A stretch of DNA of 64,000 bases from Alphaproteobacteria bacterium (GCA_965261615.1 OZ253461.1:1273223-1337222), one strand, 5' to 3'; numbered from the stretch's first letter, positions 43,128 through 52,996 are shown. The notes: a model not told the origin generated them from the sequence alone. Made by a program: numbers and translations.

Positions 43128-44537
43128 TTAGCCTTGGTACTGACGGATTTTACGGTGTAACGCTGTACGCTCCATCCCGACAACCTCTGCAGTCCGAGAG
43201 AAGTTTCTGTTGTGCCTCTTCAAGTGAAACTCCAAGTAATACTTTTCAAAGTACTCTCGTGCTTGACGCATTGTCATAGAAAGCGCTTTTGCTATATCAA
43301 AGTCAGGATCTTCCGCTTGTGTACCTCTTTCACTCCGTACACTCTTTCCAAGACGCATAACAAGAGCAGCCTCTGTGATCACCATTTTATCCCCCTGCAC
43401 TGGAAGCATCATCACAAACCAATCCGCTAAGTTACGCACTTCACGCATATTTCCTGGCCAATCATAGCTCTCTAACTGAAAGCCAGAAGCACGATCAAAA
43501 ATAACTTCAAGGTCTTGTCGGTGAGAGAACTTCCGAATAAAATGCGTCAGTAGTTTAGTGATATCGGAAGAAGTACTTCTTACTGAAGGCAAAACAACCT
43601 CAACAACACTAATCCGATGGTACAAGTCTTCAAGAAACTCATTTCGCCCAATTTTTTTCGACAAATCTGAAACAGTTGTGGACACAAAACGCGCCTCCAA
43701 CGGAACAAAGTCTTCTCCATTTTGACGCAAAAACCGGCCCTCTCTTAAAATGTCGCACAAAAACTCCTGCGCTTTCTTAGGCAAACTATCAATATTATCA
43801 AAGACAAAAGTACCACGCGCCGCTCTTTCTAAGAAGCCAATTTGCAAGCGGACCTTTTGGGAGGACTTATCCTCTACACCAACAAGCATACGCATAATTT
43901 CGTCCGCATCTGTCATCTGGTTGCATTTAAACACAACAAAAGGACCATCTTTAAAAGCTGACTGCATATGCAACAAGCGTGCTGCGTACGTTTTACCAAC
44001 CCCCACTTCACCACGAATGAGCACTCGACTCCGACCTTCAGACAACTTTGCAATAGAGCGCATTGGGGCTTCCCAGGCACGCACAACTTTGTCCAAGCGC
44101 ATATTCCATTCAGCATTTTCTTGCAGAACATCATACTCTCTCTTAAGACGTCGCATCGCAATCGCTCTATTAACCGCAGCCATAAGCTGCTCCGTAGAAA
44201 AAGGCTTAGGCAAAAAGTCAAACACCCCATCTTTTAATGCTGAAACTGCCGTACTAATTGAACTGTGCCCACTTATCATAATGACAGGAACATCACGATA
44301 ATATTGCTTCACAATATCAAAGACGGCTACCCCATCAAAACGACTGTCATTTAACCAAACATCCAAAAGCACCAAGTCTGGCTGGCGCGTACGAAGTGTA
44401 GAGACAATATTCCGATTATCCGCAACACACTGAACATCAAAACCTTCATCGGTTAAAATGTGATTTATTACTTCCAAAATGTCTTCTTGGTCATCAATAA
44501 CTAGTACGTATGGTTTCGGAACAAAAGACGTCAACAT
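43128..44537 (-). CDS. ntrX: NtrC-family response regulator NtrX (receiver + AAA+ + HTH); GAFTGA sigma54-contact motif apparently absent
   Basis: VLVIDDQEDILE...LLDVWL receiver, GEVGVGKTYAARLLH P-loop, C-terminal HTH; downstream of ntrY. Confidence 0.88.
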   Translation of the reverse strand: MLTSFVPKPYVLVIDDQEDILEVINHILTDEGFDVQCVADNRNIVSTLRTRQPDLVLLDVWLNDSRFDGVAVFDIVKQYYRDVPVIMISGHSSISTAVSALKDGVFDFLPKPFSTEQLMAAVNRAIAMRRLKREYDVLQENAEWNMRLDKVVRAWEAPMRSIAKLSEGRSRVLIRGEVGVGKTYAARLLHMQSAFKDGPFVVFKCNQMTDADEIMRMLVGVEDKSSQKVRLQIGFLERAARGTFVFDNIDSLPKKAQEFLCDILREGRFLRQNGEDFVPLEARFVSTTVSDLSKKIGRNEFLEDLYHRISVVEVVLPSVRSTSSDITKLLTHFIRKFSHRQDLEVIFDRASGFQLESYDWPGNMREVRNLADWFVMMLPVQGDKMVITEAALVMRLGKSVRSERGTQAEDPDFDIAKALSMTMRQAREYFEKYYLEFHLKRHNRNFSRTAEVVGMERTALHRKIRQYQG

Positions 44538-44577
44538 AAATGCTTCCTCCTGGTGACTATACCACTATGATGCCATA

Positions 44578-46701
44578 TCATCCCTCAATTGGGAAGCTTA
44601 AAGTTATGAGTGCTCCATGTGCTGTGTTCTTTATAGAGATTTCTCCACCATGATCTTCGGTCACCTTGCGGCAAATTGCCAGCCCTAACCCCGATCCTTG
44701 GGCTCGCGTAGTCACGTAAGACTTAGTAACTCGAGAAATAACCTCTGGGTCAAATCCCCCCCCAGAATCTTCAAATATAACAAGAAGCCTGCCCCCTTCG
44801 TCTATAATATCAAAAGAAATATCAATTGTTTTTTGAGGGCGATCTTTTTCTATAATGGCCTCACACGCATTTTTTATAATATTTTGAAACAACTGACCGA
44901 TTTGCGCCGGGTCCGCCCAAAAATTAATACTCTTTCGATCACCGCTTTCCACGGTAATCGCAACATTAGGGTATACACTACCAAGAGCGACAATGCTTTG
45001 CCTCATAATGCACAGCAAATCTGTTGTAGTTTTTTTAGGTGCAGGCCAACGGCCAAAAGACGCAAAACCATCTATTAAGTTTTGAATGGTTGCCACCTGT
45101 TTTTGAATCGTGTCCACATAGCGCTCAATCATACTTTGGTCCAAATCATTATACTTTGTGCGCAATCGCTCAACACATAGCGTAATAGGAGTTAAAGGGT
45201 TCTTCACTTCATGGGCCACACGCCGCGCCACATCCGCCCACGCCGCCTGTTTTTGAGCGCTCAGGAGCTGTGTAATGTCCTCTAGCGTGATAATATAACC
45301 CTGCACTGAATCATCCCCATCTTGTTCCAACACAACACAAACTCGGAGGACCTTTCGCTCAATTGTCACCTCTGACGACACAGACGCATTCCCCGAAAAA
45401 TTCTCTGGAGACATTAAGGGGGCTAACATAGGCAAAGCTTGAGCCACATTAACACCCCCTCCTTTTGCCGCAGCAACCACACGCAAAATTTCTGCCGCAC
45501 GGCTATTGTAGTAAATCAAATTGTAAGAATGATCTACTCTCATAACCCCCGATCGCACACCCTGCAAAGTGCGCGAAATAAAAGCATTTCGAACTTCCAA
45601 GCTGCGCTGTGCCTGCATCACATCTTGGCGCTGGCTCTGAATGGTTTGCAGCATCCGACGCAAAGAGTTATTCAAAGAGTAAAGCTCATCATCTTTTTGC
45701 GGCATCTCCAAGCTGTCTGTTGTTTGCCCTGAGGCCAAGCGCTCCGCATAGTTTATCAAAAATCGCATGGGGCGCGTTAACTTATCGGCGTATGTCATTC
45801 CCAGCCATACTGCCGTTAATAGCAGCACACAAGAAACCATTAGAAAGACAATAACAAAAATGATTTGTAGACCGACTCTTTTACGCAGCAAGACTTCGTA
45901 GTCAGAAACTGATTTATCAACTTTTTCTAAATGCATTAAAACATTTTTATCAATGGGCCTACCCACAAAAAGGTACAGCTGCTGACCCTCCACCTCTACG
46001 TTCACTAAAGCACGCACTCGCTCATTGTTTACGCTAGTAAGCACCACGACTTCACCAGCCATTGCTTTATCAATCGCCCCGACTGGTATAGGCTCAAACT
46101 CAAGAGCAAAGGTTAAAGAAGCTTTTCCAACCACATCATGCTGCTCGTTAAACATCAGAAGCTCGGAAAACGACCTCATTGCACACACAGCATTTAGGTA
46201 TTCTTCTCTCATCTCCTTTCCTTCCTCACCCCGAGGAAACTTACTCCAGTTAGAGAGTATGTCTTGCGCCATTAGACGTGCATCACGCCCCACCAAGGAT
46301 TTGTGCTCTTCCAGATACGATCTGGCCACTACTAGTGATTCCTCAATAGAGGTTTGCACAAACCCTTGAAACCAATCTTGCATTCCATAGTTAAAAAACA
46401 CAATCGCCAATATAATAACCACAGTAGCTGGTATTAAAGAAAGCAAGCTGAACAATATGGTAATACGCTTTTGCAGTGGAGCCATGATACGCTTATGGCT
46501 GCCCAGAAAAATCTTGCGCCAGACTAAACGTCCTACATAAAAAATGAGGCCCCCGTCAAGGACGACAAGCGCATAAAAATAAAATGGGCTTAACCCAAAG
46601 GAAAAAAAACCACCTAACGCAAGCATGGTTGCCAAAATCAGCAACCCAGCAAGACACAAAACCACCAATGCACGGCTGGAAATAATAGATCGATTTAACA
46701 T
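44578..46701 (-). CDS. ntrY: Sensor histidine kinase NtrY
   Basis: 707 aa, N-terminal TM helices, HAMP/PAS, H-box HEVKNPLTPI, HATPase G-boxes GSGLGLAI. Confidence 0.9.
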   Translation of the reverse strand: MLNRSIISSRALVVLCLAGLLILATMLALGGFFSFGLSPFYFYALVVLDGGLIFYVGRLVWRKIFLGSHKRIMAPLQKRITILFSLLSLIPATVVIILAIVFFNYGMQDWFQGFVQTSIEESLVVARSYLEEHKSLVGRDARLMAQDILSNWSKFPRGEEGKEMREEYLNAVCAMRSFSELLMFNEQHDVVGKASLTFALEFEPIPVGAIDKAMAGEVVVLTSVNNERVRALVNVEVEGQQLYLFVGRPIDKNVLMHLEKVDKSVSDYEVLLRKRVGLQIIFVIVFLMVSCVLLLTAVWLGMTYADKLTRPMRFLINYAERLASGQTTDSLEMPQKDDELYSLNNSLRRMLQTIQSQRQDVMQAQRSLEVRNAFISRTLQGVRSGVMRVDHSYNLIYYNSRAAEILRVVAAAKGGGVNVAQALPMLAPLMSPENFSGNASVSSEVTIERKVLRVCVVLEQDGDDSVQGYIITLEDITQLLSAQKQAAWADVARRVAHEVKNPLTPITLCVERLRTKYNDLDQSMIERYVDTIQKQVATIQNLIDGFASFGRWPAPKKTTTDLLCIMRQSIVALGSVYPNVAITVESGDRKSINFWADPAQIGQLFQNIIKNACEAIIEKDRPQKTIDISFDIIDEGGRLLVIFEDSGGGFDPEVISRVTKSYVTTRAQGSGLGLAICRKVTEDHGGEISIKNTAHGALITLSFPIEG

Positions 46702-46703
46702 GA

Positions 46704-47687
46704 CTAACCTTGCTGTGCATACATGTCACACCCAAGAAAATCCTCTATCATTTTCAAGACTACAGCCGAGCTTCGTGTTTCATTAATGCCCCGGCGAAAG
46801 TGAGTTCCATTGGGAAGGTGTTTTGTGTACCACGCCAAATGCTTGCGCGCCACCGGAACCCCCACATGCTCCCCATAAAAATCAACAATCATTTGATAGT
46901 GCTTTTTGATTAAATGATATAAAAACTTGGCATCTGGGTCTGGCTGAACCTCTTGGCCCTCTAAAAAGTCATGAGCTTGCTGCAAAAACCAGGGCCGACC
47001 TGTTGCTCCGCGGCCGATCATAACCCCGTCTGCACCCGACTGCGCAAGTGCCGTCTCGACGTGCGCCAAACTTTTAATGTCACCATTAACAATCACGGGT
47101 ATGTTTACAGCTTCTTTAACTGCCCGAACAGCAGCCCAGTCAGCTTGACCAAAAAACATCTCTTTACGTGTGCGTCCATGCACATAAATCATCTGAATCC
47201 CTGCGGACTCGGCTAAGCGTGCAAGCGTCGGAGCATTTAAGCACGTTCTATCCCAACCAAGACGCATTTTCAGTGTAACGGGAACATCCACAGCACGCGC
47301 TGTAGCTTCTAAAATTTGCGCAGCTAAGGACTCATCCTTCATGAGGTAAGAGCCCGCGTACCCATTAACAACCTTTTTTTGCGGGCAGCCCATGTTAATA
47401 TCCACCACTCGAGCACCACTGTCTACCACTATTTTAGCGGCCTCCCCCATCACCTCAGGCTCATTTCCTGCTAACTGCACGGTAGACATTTCAATTCCGC
47501 CCGCCACTGCTGCGCGGTCTTTCGACTGGCGAGAATGCCTCACCATTGCTTGCGAGGCAACCATCTCCGAAACAACAGGGCAGCAAGTCATTTCTGTCAC
47601 AATAGTCCGAAACGGGAGGTCTGTAATTCCTGACAACGGCGCTAAAAACACACGACTAGGGTAACGTTCTTTTCCAACACATATCAC
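46704..47687 (-). CDS. dusB: tRNA-dihydrouridine synthase (DusB/NifR3 family)
   Basis: 327 aa, [13 protein letters not shown]...DINMGCP motifs; classic dusB(nifR3)-ntrY-ntrX arrangement. Confidence 0.92.
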   Translation of the reverse strand: MICVGKERYPSRVFLAPLSGITDLPFRTIVTEMTCCPVVSEMVASQAMVRHSRQSKDRAAVAGGIEMSTVQLAGNEPEVMGEAAKIVVDSGARVVDINMGCPQKKVVNGYAGSYLMKDESLAAQILEATARAVDVPVTLKMRLGWDRTCLNAPTLARLAESAGIQMIYVHGRTRKEMFFGQADWAAVRAVKEAVNIPVIVNGDIKSLAHVETALAQSGADGVMIGRGATGRPWFLQQAHDFLEGQEVQPDPDAKFLYHLIKKHYQMIVDFYGEHVGVPVARKHLAWYTKHLPNGTHFRRGINETRSSAVVLKMIEDFLGCDMYAQQG

Positions 47688-47708
47688 TTCTCCTTATTCT
47701 ATCATAAA

Positions 47709-48026
47709 ATGGACCACTTCAGGCATCATCACGCCATTTTATGCTATACTGCGTCTATGTCGGAGTATACATCTTTAGAGCAAGTACTATGCAAAATCAG
47801 TGACCCCACTCACATTGCAGAAATTTTTGACGCTCTCCTGACGCCCAAAGAAATTGTCACAATTAAAGAAAGATGGCGCGTCTGCCAAATGCTCCACGCA
47901 GGAAAGTCCTATCGTCAAATCAACCAAGAGGTGGGAGCAAGCTTTACCACAATCAATCGAGTTGCACGATGCCTGCAAATGGAGGGAAACTCTGGTTACC
48001 GCTTTTTACTACAAGAAAAAAAATGA
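47709..48026 (+). CDS. TrpR-related YerC/YecD family DNA-binding protein
   Basis: C-terminal LLTPKEIVTIKERWRVCQMLHAGKSYRQINQEVGASFTTINRVARCLQMEGNSGYRFLL matches the YerC/YecD HTH; start may be Met17 (47757); ATGA overlap with lgt. Confidence 0.75.
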   Translation: MDHFRHHHAILCYTASMSEYTSLEQVLCKISDPTHIAEIFDALLTPKEIVTIKERWRVCQMLHAGKSYRQINQEVGASFTTINRVARCLQMEGNSGYRFLLQEKK

Positions 48027-48799
48027 TTTTTTACTACATCCCTCAACCCATCGCCTTCAGCATTAGCGGTTTTGCCGTATATTGGTACGCCCTCTCCTAT
48101 ATTGCCAGTATGAGCATTGTAATAGGCCTTTTAAAACACACAACAAAACGTATTTCTCCCAAAGACAGTCAAAACCTATTTTTTGAGCCAGCTTTTTCTT
48201 ATGTAGCGACTGGCGTCATCATAGGAGGGCGGCTTGGACATGTACTTCTTTTTGCCCCTCTCTATTATTTACACCACCCTTTAGAGATTTTAGCTTTGTG
48301 GTCCGGTGGAATGTCTTTCCACGGCGGAATGGTAGGGACCACGCTTGCGCTAGGACTTCTTGCAAAAAAAAGCGCTCACCTCACTTGGGGGATGTTATGC
48401 TCACTTACCGCACGATTTGCTCCAATTGGCATGCTTCTTGGGCGTATTGCCAATTTTTTAAACGGAGAGCTTGTGGGAGTGCCCACCAACAAGCCTTGGG
48501 GGGTGGTGTTTTTGCATATAGACAGCCTTCCAAGGCACCCCGTCCAGCTCTACGAAGCGTTTTTAGAAGGAGCTCTACTCTTTCTCTATTTGTGGGCTAA
48601 AAGCAAAAAAACAAATGTAGATGACTGGTATCTTACAAGGCAGTTTGTATATGGATACAGCCTCTGTCGCTTTATGGCTGACATATGGAAAGAGCACGAC
48701 AACTCCTTTCCCCTCACCAACGGGCAAATTTACGCTGTCATTGCCACAGTCGTAACCTTCGCCCTCTGGCGCTTAAGCATCCGCAAAAGGTCTAGTTAG
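48023..48799 (+). CDS. lgt: Prolipoprotein diacylglyceryl transferase
   Basis: GGRLGHVL, HPVQLYEA Lgt signatures; start set at the ATG overlapping the upstream stop (ATGA), giving MIFYYIPQPIAFSISGF; the track's longer 47873 start would overlap the TrpR-like gene in another frame. Confidence 0.9.
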   Translation: MIFYYIPQPIAFSISGFAVYWYALSYIASMSIVIGLLKHTTKRISPKDSQNLFFEPAFSYVATGVIIGGRLGHVLLFAPLYYLHHPLEILALWSGGMSFHGGMVGTTLALGLLAKKSAHLTWGMLCSLTARFAPIGMLLGRIANFLNGELVGVPTNKPWGVVFLHIDSLPRHPVQLYEAFLEGALLFLYLWAKSKKTNVDDWYLTRQFVYGYSLCRFMADIWKEHDNSFPLTNGQIYAVIATVVTFALWRLSIRKRSS

Positions 48800-49235
48800 C
48801 CTTTTGCTCCTGCTCATTCTTTTTGCGGTCTTCAAAGATTTTTTCAAAATCAATAATCGGCAGTTTAAAGCTTGTGTTCACACCACCCATTTGAAATATT
48901 TGAGCCACAAAAGGTCGCAAATCTGGATACACCTGGTGCGGAACATCCACAAATAAAATGCGCTCCTCTCCTTCTTCATTATCAACCTTTACAAGAGCTG
49001 CAAACTTCAGGTCACACTTTACGTACTCCTTTTCTTGCGAAACAACACCCAGTGTAATGGAGATAGTCACCTCAAAGTGCCTATCATTTCCGGCGCGCGC
49101 GTGCACTTCCAAGTTAAACTTCACTTCAGGCTTTTCCCCTGCACTTGTTTTTTGTGCCAAGTCCAAAAATAAAGGATTTTCAAAAGATGCATCCTTAAGG
49201 TATGTCTGAACTATTACATATTTTTGATTTACCAT
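48792..49235 (-). CDS. secB: Protein-export chaperone SecB
   Basis: KDASFENP, YEVTISITLGV, CPNILFPYARE-like VYPDLRPFVAQI and PIIDFEKIF match the SecB pattern; start trimmed to MVNQKY. Confidence 0.85.
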   Translation of the reverse strand: MVNQKYVIVQTYLKDASFENPLFLDLAQKTSAGEKPEVKFNLEVHARAGNDRHFEVTISITLGVVSQEKEYVKCDLKFAALVKVDNEEGEERILFVDVPHQVYPDLRPFVAQIFQMGGVNTSFKLPIIDFEKIFEDRKKNEQEQKAN

Positions 49236-49299
49236 ATTACCTCTACTAACCAAACATTGTAGCACGTAAGCTTCTAGTCTTAAAAGTTATTTCCACATA

Positions 49300-49349
49300 T
49301 TGACATTCTCTTCTCAAGGTGATACACTGCAATATATCGCGGTATCACC
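49300..49349 (+). promoter_or_regulatory. Candidate promoter TTGACA(49300-49305)-17-TACACT overlapped by inverted repeat GGTGATAC(49318-49325)-N16-GTATCACC(49342-49349); operator-like
   Basis: Read directly; the 8-bp arms are perfect reverse complements. Confidence 0.45.
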
Positions 49350-49376
49350 CCGGGAGGCGATCCACGGTACAGTAAC

Positions 49377-49385
49377 TGATATAAT
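49377..49385 (+). promoter_or_regulatory. Extended -10 element TGaTATAAT, 18 nt upstream of the ABC binding-protein ATG (RBS AAGGAG at 49393-49398)
   Basis: Perfect TATAAT with a TGn extension. Confidence 0.5.
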
Positions 49386-49403
49386 ACAATGTAAGGAGAC
49401 ATT

Positions 49404-50363
49404 ATGAAAAAGTTGATATATTTATTATTTTCCATAACAGCGACACTTAGCGCAAATGGACCCGCCTGTTCACAAACAAAAATTCTTATACTCAAAGCAG
49501 CAGAGCACCCCGCGCTTAACGCCACTGAAAAAGGAATTCTGGAAAAGCTCAACCCTATCAAATCACAACTAAGCATTCAGCGCGTTTGCAGCTCTACAGG
49601 ACCCAACGTAAACACAATAGCCCTTAAAAATGCAGTACAGCCAAACAAATTTAAAGATGTTATAGTGATTACAATCGGCACCGGACCTTCGGTAGCAACC
49701 CTTCCTTATGCAAAGGCTAAAAAGTGTAAAATGCTTTTCGCCTCTGTTACCGACCCAATAGACGCAAAACTTGCTCAATCCATTCAACGCCCCGGCAATA
49801 ACACATCCGGTGCCAGTAACTTTATAGATATAAAACCGCAGATTGACAATATAATCAAGGTGGTGCCCACCACTAAAACCATTGGTATGCTCTATAACCC
49901 CAGCGAGCCCAACTCCATCGCCATTATCAAAAAAGTGAAAAAGTACTGCCAAATGTTAGGTATTAAAGTGATAGACCAACCCATCTGCAACACCACGCAG
50001 GCAACCCCTTCCACTCAAAAGATTTTGAGTCAAGGAGTGGATCTAGTCTTTATAAGTAACGACAACACAGCTCTTTCCTGCATAGCCCAAATTTCAAAAG
50101 CGGCCGCAAAAAAATCAGTCCCTGTGTTTGTAAGTGACACTGACGTAGTCTCTGCAGGAGCAGTAATGGCTACCGGCCCTAACCAGTATGCACTTGGCTT
50201 ACAGGTCGGCCAAATGGCAGTTGATATCATCCAAGGTGGCCGTGACATAGCCCTCATGCCAGTACAGTTTCCAGAAAAAGTGGACATTTGCATCAACAGC
50301 TCTCAGGCAAAAATTCTAAACTTATCCCTCCAATCTCTCGAAAATGTCAGCGATGTATGCTAA
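49404..50363 (+). CDS. ABC transporter periplasmic substrate-binding protein (ABC_sub_bind/COG2984-like), signal peptide
   Basis: 319 aa, N-terminal signal peptide MKKLIYLLFSITATLSA; first gene of a three-gene ABC operon. Confidence 0.75.
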   Translation: MKKLIYLLFSITATLSANGPACSQTKILILKAAEHPALNATEKGILEKLNPIKSQLSIQRVCSSTGPNVNTIALKNAVQPNKFKDVIVITIGTGPSVATLPYAKAKKCKMLFASVTDPIDAKLAQSIQRPGNNTSGASNFIDIKPQIDNIIKVVPTTKTIGMLYNPSEPNSIAIIKKVKKYCQMLGIKVIDQPICNTTQATPSTQKILSQGVDLVFISNDNTALSCIAQISKAAAKKSVPVFVSDTDVVSAGAVMATGPNQYALGLQVGQMAVDIIQGGRDIALMPVQFPEKVDICINSSQAKILNLSLQSLENVSDVC

Positions 50364-50377
50364 CTTAAGTAGAAGAT

Positions 50378-51232
50378 ATGTTAATAGAAATTGTTTTGTC
50401 CAGCATAGAGGTTGGTTTGATAACTGGACTGTTAGCCATGGGTATCTTTATTACCTTTCGGCTAACCAATTACCCCGATCTGTCTTGTGACGGCAGCATT
50501 ATAATCGGCGCCACTATCACAGCAGCCTTCGCTGATGCCGGCCTTTCCCCTTGGATCGGACTCACGTTAGCTGCTTGTGGCGGAGGCATGGCAGGTTTGT
50601 TTACCGCCTTTTTGCACTGCACGCTTAACATCCCGAACATGTTTTCAGGAATTTTAACTGCTGTCATGTCCTACTCTATCGGGCTGCATATCACACAATC
50701 ACGCCCCATTATATCCATGGTAGACACGATTCCTCTCTTTGACGAAACCAACTTTTTCCTCTGGGTACCTTTAATCCTTGCGGGGGTTTTGCTCTTTTGT
50801 GGGTGGGTTTTCACCTCACGGTATGGCGCATTTATTCAAGTCGCCGGCGACAACCCTAAACTTTCAGAAAAATTTGGCATTAACCCTCTCTGGACACACT
50901 TCATCAGCCTAGCTCTTAGTAACTCAGTGCTAGGCATGTATGGCAGCCTTATATCCACACACCAACAGTTTACAGACATTAACCAGGCTATTGGCTCCCT
51001 CTTAATGGGACTGGGAGCGGTAATGCTTGGTGAAAAAATACTACCTGTACGTAACATGATTGGCCGCTTCATCAGCTGCATTATTGGGGCACTTCTCTAT
51101 CGCGCTTTAATCAGCCTGGCGATTCAAACATCCTTCTTAAACCTACAGCCCTATGATCTCAATTTGGTAATAGGTGTTGTTTTGATTCTCAGCATGATCA
51201 GCTTCAAAAAAAGGGAAGGTTCAGCAACATAA
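50378..51232 (+). CDS. ABC transporter permease (COG4120-like)
   Basis: 284 aa, multiple TM helices; follows the binding-protein gene. Confidence 0.75.
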   Translation: MLIEIVLSSIEVGLITGLLAMGIFITFRLTNYPDLSCDGSIIIGATITAAFADAGLSPWIGLTLAACGGGMAGLFTAFLHCTLNIPNMFSGILTAVMSYSIGLHITQSRPIISMVDTIPLFDETNFFLWVPLILAGVLLFCGWVFTSRYGAFIQVAGDNPKLSEKFGINPLWTHFISLALSNSVLGMYGSLISTHQQFTDINQAIGSLLMGLGAVMLGEKILPVRNMIGRFISCIIGALLYRALISLAIQTSFLNLQPYDLNLVIGVVLILSMISFKKREGSAT

Positions 51233-51296
51233 CGTTATGCTTTTATCCCCCGCCCACAAGACGGCCGCTCCAAAGATGTTAAACCTATAAAATCTC

Positions 51297-52070
51297 ATGA
51301 TCAATATTCAAAACTTATCCTTCTCTTTTACCACCGCAGACTCCAAGTCACACACTATATTCCATAATTTTTCTCTGAATATAAAACCTGGAGAACGCTT
51401 ATGCATCCTCGGTCACAACGGCTCTGGAAAAACATCCCTGTGCAACATCCTCATGGGACACCTGACCCCAACCAAAGGCAGCATTGAAATCCACAACCAA
51501 AATATAACCCAGTGGCCTTCTTACCAGAGAGCTAAGCTTATCAGTTATATGGGCCAGGATCCTGCACAAAGCACAGCACCAAACCTAACGGTTGCTGAAA
51601 ACATAGCAATGGCTATTCCCACACCACTCTGGAAACCCTTGTGCTCTAAAAAGAAAAATATAGAAATTCAAAAAATACTACACTCCTTCGGTAGCGGTTT
51701 AAGCTCAAAACTGAACTGCCCCATCAAAACACTCTCCGGCGGTCAACGGCAACTTGTTGCACTTATCATGGCAACATACAGCGCACGCCCTTTGCTGCTT
51801 CTTGATGAGCTTACATCCGCTCTTGACCCTAAAGCCGCACGATCTGTATTAGATCACACAGAAGAAATCATTTCACGACAGAAACTCACAAGTGTTTTCA
51901 TTACGCACAATATAGATGAAGCGCTACACTTTTCCACACGCATCATAACCTTACAATCTGGCTCCATCTCTAATGACTTTTCTCAAGAAGAAGTTAAACA
52001 ACTTTCAACACAGCAATTACACTCATGTATTAGCTCTCCCACTTATCCTGACCCTAAGTCACAAACATAA
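51297..52070 (+). CDS. ABC transporter ATP-binding protein
   Basis: GHNGSGKTS Walker A, LSGGQRQ signature, LLLDELTSALD Walker B. Confidence 0.9.
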   Translation: MINIQNLSFSFTTADSKSHTIFHNFSLNIKPGERLCILGHNGSGKTSLCNILMGHLTPTKGSIEIHNQNITQWPSYQRAKLISYMGQDPAQSTAPNLTVAENIAMAIPTPLWKPLCSKKKNIEIQKILHSFGSGLSSKLNCPIKTLSGGQRQLVALIMATYSARPLLLLDELTSALDPKAARSVLDHTEEIISRQKLTSVFITHNIDEALHFSTRIITLQSGSISNDFSQEEVKQLSTQQLHSCISSPTYPDPKSQT

Positions 52071-52187
52071 CTCATATACTACAATCAGCGCTGTTTGTAG
52101 TGCTAGATATGCCACCCTTTTTCCTATGATCTTCCAGCTAATCGTATTGGCCTGTGGACAGCCCCAATAGCAAAAATAGCTTGTACA

Positions 52188-52196
52188 TGCTATAAT
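52188..52196 (+). promoter_or_regulatory. Extended -10 TGcTATAAT ending 5 nt before the lipoprotein ATG (leaderless candidate)
   Basis: Read directly; no SD between the -10 and the ATG at 52202. Confidence 0.4.
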
Positions 52197-52201
52197 AATC
52201 T

Positions 52202-52996
52202 ATGTTTTTTCTACTCGTTGCTATTCAGCTCTTTGCCTGTCAAGCGCCCACTAAACAGCGCATTGGCATTATGTCCAATATAAACAGTGGACCAACGCAT
52301 AAGCATGATATTTTTAAATTTTACGGAAAATTCACTAGCCCTAAAACAAAAGAAAGAAGGCTTGATAGGTTTAAACCGGTATCTTACCCTGAGTCCTTTA
52401 ACCTACGCCCAACGTTCAATGAGTGCATCGTGGAAAAACTCGTAACCCAGCTCCCTGACCTCCTCCCTGACTACATTTTCGTTCCTATCCCGCCTACTCC
52501 ATTTAGCAACCTTGATGGTTACGGAATTGGCGGCATCTGGACAGATAAGTGCTCCACTGAAGTAAAAAACGCCCGACAAATAGCGAAAAAACATCAATTA
52601 GACCACCTTATAATCATTGTGCCATCGTCCTATTTTGCTCGCCAAGTTAACTATGAGATCTATGGCCTTGATCTTTACTTCGTCGATAACATGCAGTACA
52701 CGTCTCTTGCTTATGGTATCTTACTGTTTTCTAAGTCTGAAAAGGGGGGATATAAAAAAGCCTTCCGATCCTTCAGGCAAACCTTTGTCGTTCAGTCCGA
52801 AACGCCTAAGCCGCTTGACTACCATAAACTAACTTTTGAGCCCTACAACTACCTTTTTGGATATAAGGCACTTGCAGAAGCAATAGCCCCCACACTCTTA
52901 AATCAAGTACACGCAGCCATCACTCAAAAACCTAGAGCTATCCATAAGCACTTACGCAAACCACGCAAGCCTCTACGATATTGCCGCTTTCATTAA
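52202..52996 (+). CDS. Hypothetical protein, putative lipoprotein (N-terminal MFFLLVAIQLFAC lipobox-like)
   Basis: 264 aa intact ORF in its own intergenic context; hydrophobic N-terminus ending in Cys; no recognizable family. Confidence 0.6.
   Translation: MFFLLVAIQLFACQAPTKQRIGIMSNINSGPTHKHDIFKFYGKFTSPKTKERRLDRFKPVSYPESFNLRPTFNECIVEKLVTQLPDLLPDYIFVPIPPTPFSNLDGYGIGGIWTDKCSTEVKNARQIAKKHQLDHLIIIVPSSYFARQVNYEIYGLDLYFVDNMQYTSLAYGILLFSKSEKGGYKKAFRSFRQTFVVQSETPKPLDYHKLTFEPYNYLFGYKALAEAIAPTLLNQVHAAITQKPRAIHKHLRKPRKPLRYCRFH

Noticed and set aside
43750-44301. 183-aa plus-strand ORF antisense to ntrX
   Set aside because: Shadow ORF inside a well-supported response-regulator gene
47873-48022. 50-aa N-terminal extension of the lgt ORF in the track
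   Set aside because: Would overlap the TrpR-like gene in another frame; the canonical Lgt N-terminus begins at the ATG of the ATGA overlap (48023)
49280-49576. 98-aa minus-strand ORF spanning the ABC-operon promoter and the start of the binding-protein gene
   Set aside because: Overlaps promoter elements and the signal-peptide region of a well-supported plus-strand gene; no RBS
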